Source: Octopus vulgaris
Taxonomy: Eukaryota
Length of the DNA: 64,000 nucleotides
Direction: 5' to 3'
Assembly: GCA_951406725.2 (NCBI GenBank)
Contig: OX597817.1
Coordinates: forward strand, 124,124,001-124,188,000
Below are positions 12,201-22,789 of this stretch, in pieces. The first letter of the stretch is position 1. Each line of letters opens with the position of its first letter. The notes below the pieces were generated by a model. That model had not been told where the DNA came from. It did no database searches and was given only the letters and a program-made list of their open reading frames with translations. The position numbers and the translations under genes are program-made.

Positions 12201-12656
12201 GCATTACCTGTTCGCGAGAAGTTATCCAGGCACGGAATGTCAGTGCCACCGACGTGTCCAAGATGTGGGTTGGACGATGAAACCGTTCAACACGCTTTTG
12301 TACAATGTCGGGAGCTGTCAGGCTTGATAAGTTACGTGGAACACGTGTTGTCGCATCTGGGACGAGTACAGCTGTCGGCTGGATCTATGATTAAGATGAT
12401 ACCGCCAACTGGACTCTCAAAGGAAGGTAAGGCTTGTTTTTACTGTACGGTGGCAGTATTGAAAGAGTGTGTATGGAGAACTAGAGTGGAAGGTCTGGTG
12501 AAAGGGTCCTTTATCTCTGGCCCCGGTTTGTTAAAATACTTCGGATATCATCTGAAGAGCAAGATGGGGTTGGAGAAGAGGAGCCTGCCACAGAAAGAGT
12601 ATATGGAACGTTGGAAGGATGTGATGAGAAAGGTGGGTGAGAGTAACCCAGCTTAA
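9268..12656 (+). CDS. Tx1 ORF2p (APE + RT + CCHC), one single-base frameshift near 10492
   Basis: ORFs 9268-10509 and 10548-12656. Copy 1 has an extra A (GGTAGCCCG) that would join them into about 1129 aa. Confidence 0.92.
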
Positions 12657-13007
12657 TCATCGAGGAAAAGAAAAATCAGCTGCTGGGATTTATAGGCTGC
12701 CGGGTTCAAAATTGAAACTGGTACCTCCCATTACCTTTCACTGTACATAACTGTTTAAAATAAAGAATAATAATAAAAAAAAAAGAAATGAAAAGAAAAC
12801 ATACGCACTAAAAGTTCTCGTGATAAAGGCAAAAGTAAGCCAAGGTTTCGTTTCAAGGCAAAGTAAGCCAAGTTTTCGTTCAAGTGACATAAAATTTTAA
12901 TTTTGTAATTTTTAAAATTTCATTCGAACTCGCATAGCATTTTTGTAATTGTTTTGTCCTGTAATGTATCCATTCTATGTTAGATCTATTGATCATAATA
13001 AAGAAAA

Positions 13008-13244
13008 TTTCATCGAAGACCGGTGTTTACCATACGTTGACGAGAGGCAATTACCTTGAAACTATAGTCCGTATGTAGTACTTAGGTTTTCGAGGGAGGA
13101 TGACCTCCCTTTACAAATAACACAAGGGCACTGAGATAGTGTCTAAAGTCCATCTGGTGACGTTGATCGCCTGGGGCTAAAAGCATCAGTAACACCCCAC
13201 CCCCAGTGGCTAGCAACATTCAGATGGCTAGTACACCTTACATT
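13008..13244 (+). repeat. Partial hammerhead-repeat monomer downstream of Tx1 copy 2
   Basis: Starts with the target duplication and ends at ...GTACACCTTACATT, the same point in the monomer as the opposite arm. Confidence 0.9.
13031..13075 (+). ncRNA. Type I hammerhead ribozyme motif (copy D)
   Basis: CATACG/CGTATG perfect stem I, TTGACGA core, GAGG-caatta-CCTT, GAAAC-tata-GTC. Predicted cut after 13069. Confidence 0.8.
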
Positions 13245-13929
13245 ATATTTACATTGTTTTTTACATAAAACCAACATAAATATTACTGTTGTAAAACAAA
13301 CTCTAAAATGATATAGTATATTTGTCTCTGTCATTGTTTCCTTTTAGCTAATTTTTCTCTGAAATTCCTGATTAAGAAGCATTTAGCTTTATTGTTTTTA
13401 TTTATTTTTATGTTAGTGTTGCTATTTAACTGTGGATCAACCTTGATTGTGCTGGTCATTAATCCAACGATTTCCAACTATGGGTAACATATCCTTCCTG
13501 TGCATTTCTTACCTAGAAGCATCTTATCCAGTATGTTACAGCCTCCTTTGTAAGACACCAAGATTTAATATAAAAGAGGTTTGACTGCTATTTTTAGCAT
13601 GTCAGAGAAAGATGTAGAACAGTTACGAGCATCCTATTGCCCACAAACCACATACAGCCTGCATAACTTTCTGTATGGCATGTCTCATGAAAGACTACCC
13701 TGAATTATTTTAATAGTGCAGCTCACCTGGTGTTGAGCCAAGCCTTATGCGATCAACTTCTTGATTACCCTCATTTTTAAGTCTTCCCTAACTACTAGTA
13801 AGCTGTCTGACTGGACTGATGCACATTGTCTGTCACTGGTGTTATACTACATCTATGGCTAAATCAGGGTCATCTATCTTAACTATATGAGTACACTGGG
13901 TTTAGGGTAAAAAGATAAAGTTACGTTCT

Positions 13930-14167
13930 TGAATTATGTTGACTCAAAAAGGTGGGTGTCCGGGTTTCCATGGTGTATAAATTCCACCCCTGGATGGGAC
14001 GCCAGTCCATTGCAAGATTACTCATTTTTGCCAGCTGAGTGGACTGGAGCAGCATGGAAGGAAGTGCTTTACTTCAAGAACACAATGTGTCGCCCAGTCC
14101 AGGAATCAAAACCACAATCTTACGATCATGAGTCTACCACCTTAACACTTAAGCCACACACCTCCAC
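13930..14167 (-). mobile_element. tRNA-derived SINE
   Basis: Minus strand begins GGAGGTGTGTGGCTTAAGTGTTAAGG... with A/B-box-like head; related to 24420-24672. Confidence 0.6.
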
Positions 14168-14534
14168 CACTGGGTTTAGGAGCCCAATTCAGACCTATGT
14201 ATGTTGTGGTTTGCTGTCAATAAATTATTGATAACAAGCCCAAATACTACAGAGCCTAGCATTCATATGCCCAGGGGTCTACAAGACTGTTAAAGTGGTT
14301 CTGGGCAAAATAACTAGGTACAATGAAAAGGTATTTTTCACCGTTCTATTTTAGTTCTTCATAAACTGACTATTACCCACCGCTAAGTATTAGTAATTTT
14401 ACCCACCTCACTCTTTATTAATGAGTAGGTAAAATAGTGTTTCATTTGTTTAACATCTGTTTCACCATGCTAGCATGGCTTGGATGAGAATTGATTTTGA
14501 CACTGGGGTTTTACATATTCATATAACAAATACT

Positions 14535-16610
14535 TGGTATATGAATACAACAATACTGCAAGGATTTGGTGAGAATTTATAATAGGAAAAGAAAAGAAAA
14601 GAAAAAAATTCTGAGATGCTAGCCAAAAGATGACCAGATTAAAGAAGACGTATGATTTTCTAATGTTGTATTCATTCCACATCTTGACAGTCAGTTGCCT
14701 GACTTTCCATAGTTAGAGATATCCAAATTATATGATTAACCTTATTGACTTTGAAGAATGTTACAGTTGGTTTACATATGCATGCCAACTTTCTTTCACT
14801 CCTTTCCTTCTTTGTACCTCTCACTCACTTACCCTTTTATATCACCTGCTTTTGCTGATCTCCTTTCTATTATTCTTTGTTCTGTCAGCTTCTCACTGAA
14901 CATATTGTCCAGTATGTCTCCTTTCATCTTATATTTAGACAAAGATGTTTTTCTAATTTCCCTCTATAACAACTTCCTGTTAATCTTTTTTCTCAAATTG
15001 AAAGAGAACAGTCTTTGTTAATACAATAAAAAAAAGTATATAGTTCACAGATGAGATCCAGAGATTCTCAGTATAGAAGACACTTAGCAGTGCTCCTTTA
15101 CAGGGGATCAGTTCTAAGAGGAATTGTCTTCTATACTAAAAAGAAATAGTATATCTGATTGTTCCTGTTTTTCATATCATGATCCAGTGTGCTTTCACTC
15201 ATAATACTTGATGCTGTTTTATTTTACACACACACACACACACACATATAACATAAAATACAAAATGGGACAAGAACGCAAAACATCCAGATAGATAATA
15301 CAAAGAAAACAAGGACGGGTCATTCAGAGTTTTCTTTCCTCAGTCGAGTTCCAGATTATCTTTGCAATTTTGGCTGGTTATACTTGAGATTGCTCCAATC
15401 TGGCCAGCCCCAAGGAAAAACTAAGCTAAAAGCATTAGATTCCTTGGAAGAAAGCAGCGAATGTATACAAAAACAAGGACAAAAAAACGGAGTAAGTTAC
15501 ACAAATACAAATAACAAGACATAACAACAGGTCTCTTTTGACTAAGGATAAACTAAATTAAGCTGGCGTGCGTGGAAGTAAAGTCTTATGGCAGGGATAC
15601 AAGATTTCACAGACACAGGACACACAATATGTGTATATATATAAGAAGCTTGCTTCCCAACTATATGTCTCCAGGTTCAGTGACTTCTACTACCAATCAA
15701 ACCCTTCTAAGTTGATTTGGTAGATGGAAAATGAAAGAAACCTGTCGTATGTATGTATGTATTTATCTATCTATCTGTGTGTGTGTGTCTTTGTGTTTTC
15801 CCCATCACCATTTGACAACTGGTGTTGGTGTGCTTGTGTCCCTGTAACTTAGTGGTTCAACAAAAGAACCATTGGAATAAGTGCTAGGCTTAAGAAATAA
15901 GTTCTGGGATCGATTTGTTCAACTGAAACCCTTCAAGGCAGTGCTGTAGCATGGCTCCAGACAAATCACTGAAACAAGTAAAGGAATATATAAATACACA
16001 GTGGACTTGATATAGTTTCCATTTGTATGGTTTCCACCAATGACAAGCCACTTGTTTGATTGGTGGCACTTGCCAAAGGAGCTTCTTATTATCAGCCCTG
16101 AATCAGTACAATTATGAAATTATATGGCTTCAATGGAACTGAGGCCATATAATTTGCATCCATATAATTTTTCTTTTTGCCTTCATTATGTTGAACCAAT
16201 TTAAAACCATTTTAATTTTATTAAACATGCAATTTCTCATACCCCTTTTCCACCCTCAGTGCCCTCAGCTCACGAGGAAAACTGTCCTAAGCAACAAGGT
16301 TTCTAGATAATTGATGAATATTTTGTTAATGTGACAGAGAATAAATCCTTTTATAATCTTGGCAATAGTACTAGGAATACCCCCTACTGTAACATTCTTC
16401 AAAGTCAGTAGGGTTAATCATATAACTTGGATAACTCTGACTATGAAAATGTCAGGCAACTGACTGTCAAGCATGTGAAATAAATACATGAGAACATCAC
16501 ATATCTACGTTAGTCTGGTCGTCTTTTGGCAAGCATCTCTTAATAATTTTTCTTTTCCTATCATAAATTCTCACCAAATCCTTGTAGTATCTTTGTATTT
16601 ATATACTATG
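14535..16610. repeat. Inverted pair of ~230-bp diverged segments (14535-14768 and 16386-16610)
   Basis: For example CTTGACAGTCAGTTGCCTGAC vs GTCAGGCAACTGACTGTCAAG, and GACTTTGAAGAATGTTACAGT vs ACTGTAACATTCTTCAAAGTC. Confidence 0.85.
15640..15985 (+). mobile_element. tRNA-derived SINE with internal microsatellite
   Basis: AAGAAGCTTGCTTCCCAAC head and GACAACTGGTGTTGGTG...ACTGAAACAAGTAAA tail, shared with the copies at 48493-49200 and 50095-51130. Confidence 0.7.
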
Positions 16611-17142
16611 CATTGGAATGCATTTTAGAGAGATTATATTAAGTCACTCAGGAATGTACATTTGAGTGGCTTGCTGCTCTTGGAGTTCTCAACAGAATCT
16701 AAATTGACAACTTAAGTAGTATTTCCAAAACATTGCTGCCATGTCAGAGAAGGTAACATTGTGGAACATGGAAATAGGATTATATTGAAGATAATATAAC
16801 ACTGTTCATAGATTTAGGCATTCATCATTATCACATATAGCAGTGACTATCTTTTTTTTTTTTATCATTACCCAAATTATTAACAGAGCAAGAGAATTTT
16901 CTCTTCAATTAGGTATCCTGTGACATGAGGAAAAAAAAAGATCAAAAATATAAAATTCTATAATTGCTTCTCTGTAAATTGTCTTGATGTGGTTTCTAAA
17001 ATGCCTCCGTCACGTAAACTGTTTGTTTGAAGTATTGCAGGTGTAAAAATAAATATAATATTTGATATTTCAGAATATATCAAAACTTCTCCCATTCTAT
17101 GTATGTACAGATTGAGACACACATCAATAAGAAAGCCTCTAA

Positions 17143-17995
17143 AAGGTGGCAAGCTGGCAGAAGTGTTAGCATGTCAGGTGAAATGCTTAGCAGTATTTCA
17201 TCTGTCTTTATGTTCTGAGTTCAAATTCTGCCGAAGTCGACTTTGCCTTTCCTTCCTTCGGGGTCGATAAATTAAGTACCAGTTGCATACTGGGGTCGAT
17301 CTAATTGACTGGACCCCTCTCCAAAAATTTCGGGCCTTGTGCATAGAGTAGAAAAGAATAAGAAAGCCTCTGTCTGGTCACTGGGCCTGCTAGTAATAGC
17401 AGCTGTCACTCCATAAAATCACATCCTGCTGCATTAACAAACAAAGAACATCTTGGATATTATATCTGAAAAATAAGAAGATTGACATAATTTTATGCAG
17501 TAACTTGACCTATTAAAAATAGAAACCAAATGTTCCTTCACTCACAGCACATTGGCTCATACTATTGATTTCAAATTTTGGCACAATGCCAGCAATTTCG
17601 AGGGAGAAGTTAAGTCGATTACATCAACCCCAGTGTTCAACCAGTATTTATTTTATCAGCCCTGTAAGGATGAAGGCAAAGTCAACCTCAGTGGAATTTG
17701 AACTCAGAATGTAGGGATGGTTGAAATACTGCTAAGCATTTTGTGTACTAACAATTCCGCCAGCTCAACCACCCATCTTATAATATTAGTTGTGAATTTT
17801 GGCACAAGGCCAGCAATTTCAAGGGAAGGTTAAGTCGATTACCTTGACCCCAATTCTCAACTGGTACTTATTTTATCGATCCAGAAAATGTGAAAGGCAA
17901 AGTTGACTGCAGTGGATTTTGAACTCAGGGCATAAGGACAGACAAAGTGCTGCTAAGCATTTTGCCTAACATGCTAACAATCCTACCAGATCACC
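17143..17995. mobile_element. Cluster of three Nin/Deu-domain-like tRNA SINEs (17143-17360 +; 17570-17770 -; 17795-17995 -)
   Basis: GAGTTCAAATTC B-box followed by GACTTTGCCTTTC(A)TCCTTTCGGGGTCGATAAA..AAGTACCAG-like core. Confidence 0.8.
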
Positions 17996-18124
17996 ATTCT
18001 ATACCATCTTCTAATATTAAGATCATATTAGCTAATGCTGTCCTAAATGCACTATGAATGGAAAACAGTAGTTGATTGCAGTTCAGATGTCTTTGACCAC
18101 ATGTTACTAGTAACCAATTATTTA

Positions 18125-18260
18125 AAAGAGATGAGCATCAAAACTGTCCATCACTCTCCCTATAGTCCAGACTTAGCTCCCTGTGATTGTTGTTCCTGAA
18201 GCTGAATGGGATCTTCATTTTGAAGATGAAGTAGGCTGTGAGAAAGGTTCTGAACACCAT
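18125..18260 (+). mobile_element. mariner transposase remnant
   Basis: Encodes HHSPYSPDLAPCD (YSPDLAP motif). Confidence 0.75.
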
Positions 18261-18280
18261 CCCTAAATCTAAATATATCT

Positions 18281-18311
<31 letters not shown>

Positions 18312-18324
18312 CATACATATACAT

Positions 18325-18510
18325 ATATAAATAAAAAAATAGAGTTTAATGCAGGTATTATTCAAATACTTTTACTTCCGACACATGTTTTGAAGATATC
18401 ACTGATATTATTTCTCCTTTGGAATAATATCAGTGATATCTTCGAAACATATGTCAGAAGTAAAAGTATTTGAATAACACCTGCATTAAACTCCATTTAT
18501 TTATTTATAT
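18325..18510. repeat. Fold-back palindrome, ~85-bp arms with a very short loop
   Basis: GAGTTTAATGCAGGT...GAAGATATCACTGATATTATT pairs with AATAATATCAGTGATATCTTC...ACCTGCATTAAACTC. Confidence 0.92.
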
Positions 18511-18669
18511 ATTATACAAAAAATTCCACGTAAACCCGAAGTTTCTACCTTTAAAAACAAGGAGTTACAACCTCTTTACTTGTGTGATTTTTTGCTACCT
18601 TGGTAACTATTTATCTATTTTTTCCGTGTTAGTTGTTAACAAGGGAAAAATACACTCATCTATTTATAT

Positions 18670-18706
<37 letters not shown>

Positions 18707-21700
18707 GAGAGAGAGAGACAGACAGACAGACAGAAGCAAAGGGAGATTTGAGGTGTAAACAAATGAGCCCAGTACTTGAAGTTCTATTTGAGAATTTTTG
18801 GTGGGACCTATCTTCATTGACTAGTTGAAGTTATATGGGTAGTTTGATAAAACAATGATATAAGATAGTTTATATATACACCATGGTAGAGGAAAGAGTC
18901 TACAGGGTTGAGGTGGTTTATGCTTACATAGGATGATGGAGCATACTAATAGTGATGGGCAGAAGCTGTTTCAAATGGTGGGGTAACCAGTTTTATTGGG
19001 CCAAATTACAACCCAGTTTGCATGTTAATGCATAACAGTGTATTATAATTTTATCCAGATACATGTAGTACTCAATGATTGTGCATGGAAAAGAAATACT
19101 CTTACTATCAGTAACCAACAGTTGCTTACCTCTAATTGTGCATGAGCCAACTAACCAGTCATTTGAAATTGATTAACAGGATGGCAACAATAAGAAAGAT
19201 GAATTTCCCCATTGAGGTATAATGCGGGATGCTGCAAAATATTCTGTTTCATTGGATTGTGTGAGAGTGGTTCAATAGACCACCACTTTTGAGAGGCAGG
19301 GTCATTGTGAATATGTATTAAGCACTTAGACGTTGTACACACAACATCTAATCATGCTGTATACAACATATATAACAGAAGTAACATAAAGACCTAAGAT
19401 TCATTAAAACAGTTTTAATCCATGTATATTCTATCAGCTGATTTTCTAAGTAAATTATCCAGTAATATGGATTGGGTTATAAATGCAAGAATAAAATATT
19501 GTAGCGAATCATAAAGTTTATGAATTCTACAAGAGAATTAAGTCTTGCACTTAAATGATTTTAATGTTATAAGTGATTATATAAGCTCAAAATCCAAATG
19601 ATTATAATTTCTTACTAATTAGCTCTAATTCAGTTTTAATACAGCCAAAACCATATATACTTGTGAAGTGAATCGAAAGTAGATCATCTGGTTGTCTGAA
19701 AGTTATATGGTATCTTATTTTATGTAAAAATGCACAGCTGTTATTTTTGAATTACATTGAAAACTACAGTTTAAGACATATTTTCCCAAGATTTGTAGAG
19801 TTTCATTCTACAACCACTTCAGCTCACATAGTTTGCATATTAGACATTTTTTAAATCTAAGTTCTATTAAAATTTGTATTCTAGAAAACCATTAAATTTG
19901 TTATATATACAAGGTGCATTCTAGAAGTTTTAAGACATTTTTAGTAGAGGCAGTTATGAATATTCTAGATGATGGTAATTGTAGTATATCATTACTATAC
20001 ATCTAATAAGCTGACCTAATGCATCTTCTCAAAACTCCTTTTTATTTCACATGACCTATTGTTTTTGCATTTTCCTGCGCCTACAATTTAACAAGATTCT
20101 ACATAATAAATAACTAAATAATGTTACTTTATTTTAAAATAAGCAGTATGTCATAAAAGCCTACATTTGCATTCCAGTACTTTCTCTCACAGATTTGACA
20201 CTTGTTATTTAATCATAACTTTTGCTATGTCTCAGATATTGTTAGCATAACAAAACTATTCATAAGTTCAATAGTTATATACAAAGTGAGCGAAAAGAAA
20301 TCAATATTTCATTATAAAGCCAAATATTCAATAAAATTATCTGAGCCAGCTAAAAAAAATCATATTGACCTAAAACACTACATCTTTTCTTACTGATATT
20401 TATCATTTTATTGCATAGAATAGATTTGAAAGTATTCAAGAATTCTGAATAAAAATTAAATGAAATTTTAAGATAAGAATTCTAATTGCTGAAAGTGATA
20501 AGGAATAAATAGTCTTGACATTAATGACTCCACTGGGATCAAAAAAATGTCCTTTTGTTTACAACTAATTTCTTCAAACATTCAACTGCCATTATTTTAA
20601 TATACATTATATGCAGTTTGAAAAGTAGTTTTCCTTCAACAGTTCTTAATATTTAGGGGAATTATTCTGATAATTTCCATACTAAAAAAACTAGTAGAAA
20701 AATCCCTCTGTTTACTTGCAAGCGCAATGCAATTTGGAATTTCAAAGTGACTTCCACCTGTCTAGCTAAAATCGCTAATATATTTTGTCTTCTTTTGGAA
20801 TGCAACTTTTATTATATTACAGAAAATTTATTCACTACTGGCATACATCAGTTACGTAACTTTCATGTTTTAAACAAATCTTTTAAATAAAATAATCACT
20901 TTTAAGCAATAGAAACTATTGCCACTGCTAGCCTGCTAACAGAAGTAACAATTTCTATTGGAAGTATATGCTATATGTACAATATTCCATAGCCACAGGC
21001 TATGAAGTGTGTGCATTAGGTTTTAAATATCTCAAGGATATTGCATTCAGTATCTTCGCTGGTTATTTTTCTTCTTTACTGTTTTTTACTACTGAAGTAA
21101 AATACTAGCCTCCAGTTTGGAAACTGATTTTTATTTTGAATTTTTTGCATTATTCAAAAGTAAATAAGGCAGTCAGCTAGCAAGATAAAACCCATTTCCT
21201 TTTTTGCGCTGGACATGATTACTTTTGGGTGACCTACCAAATTATAAAACACAATGTACTACACTGGAGCAATTGTGATGCTGTAACTCCCAAGATTGGT
21301 TGTAACACAACCAATGGATTGCTATTTCAACCTCTCGGAATCTCGTTCAATTCTAGGTTACTTAGAAAATAACATAATTTTTCAGATCATTTTTGTATCA
21401 ATTGATATTCAGAATAAATCAACCAATGTTGCATATTTAGTGATTACTGAGCAACGAAATTCTGTAACATGCCATAAGGAATATAGATTTATTCTATATA
21501 AGAATACATAAAACTTTGCTATAAACCAATTTAAGGATTGTGACTCTAAGAAATGCATGTAAGTCAAATGATTAATTTCATAAACTAACTGCTAAATCTA
21601 CATACAACATTGAATAATATTGTTTAGATGCTGAATCGATTATTTACAGCCTAACTGAGATGGCATGTATGGCTCTAGTACACTGAAGGTGAAAGAGATC

Positions 21701-22644
21701 TAAATTTATCAAAACCATAATTTCAGGGGTTCTTTTCCTTGCATGTTTTTATGGTAATAATCAATTACACATAGGGTAGAATGTCTTGTGATTTCCTTGA
21801 AGAAATATTAAAATGTATAGCAAAAAATTACACAGCATCATATTTTAAATCCCATCCCTGTATATAAAGTAAATTGTACATCATGTGAAGGAATGTGCGA
21901 TGTTATCACCCAGGCAAACATTCTTAGTCTGACAGTACATACAGTTATGGGACTGAAACCCATGTTAATTACAGCATGTAATCTGGAATTGGGCTGTTGC
22001 AATTTCTAGTCTCCTTAGACAAATCTTATAATCTGCATTGCCTCACATTCCCACATAGACTCTCCTAAGACAAATCTTATACACTCTTTGAGCATTGACA
22101 CTTTTATAACCGTTCTGTTACTTCTGGAATGAGGCATTACTTTATTGAAGAGAACTGAAGTTCATGAATGGAAAAATGGGACTCTATCTAACCACTTGTC
22201 CTTCTGATGTGAGTGTTGTTCTTGATACATTGTCTAAATAAGAACAGATAGTCATGGATAGAATGCTTTTGGCCATAGCTCTACTCAGTTAAGGCTGATC
22301 TGGTTCTAACCAGCAATATATCTAGTGTACCTTATTATATATACTGTCATCAATTACAGACAAAAAGTAAACATACATAATCTTGTTTTGCAGTATTATA
22401 TAGATTATGCTATATGCTGAGTAGAATAATGTATAACACTACCCTCTCAGCATAACAAAATGTTGACATGGTACCTGTTGCTAGCTTACAAAGCGCTGAC
22501 TCGGATTCACCAGGTGTGAGTAAGTCAAAAGTGACTCAAGATCATGGTAATTTGTTTCATAATAATACTTTCTATTAGGGAGATGTACTTGCATAGCAAG
22601 TGACCTGATCTGAGATCGTGTGCTGGAACGAAAACAATTGCAGC

Positions 22645-22789
22645 GTGGAAGGTGTTTATAAATCATTTAAGAAACACAACAGGTCGCGGTCTCAAAGCGA
22701 CAAAAATATTTTGACAAATTAAATTTAAATGTTGAAGTGAATCTAACGGTTTTTATGTGTTTCTTAAATGGCTTATAAACACCTTCCAC
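22645..22789. repeat. Inverted repeat with ~34-bp arms
   Basis: GTGGAAGGTGTTTATAAATCATTTAAGAAACACA vs TGTGTTTCTTAAATGGCTTATAAACACCTTCCAC. Confidence 0.85.

Larger units (their letters stand above)
7485..13007 (+). mobile_element. Full-length Tx1/L1-clade non-LTR retrotransposon, copy 2 (~5.52 kb)
   Basis: Reverse complement of copy 1. Target duplication TTCATCGAAGACCGGTG at 7468-7484 and 13009-13025. The 3' end is AATAAAGAAAA with no long poly(A). Confidence 0.93.

Noticed and set aside
19125-19360. Possible minus-strand exon ending GAG|GTAAGC
   Set aside because: No convincing acceptor with a continuous open frame, and no recognisable peptide.
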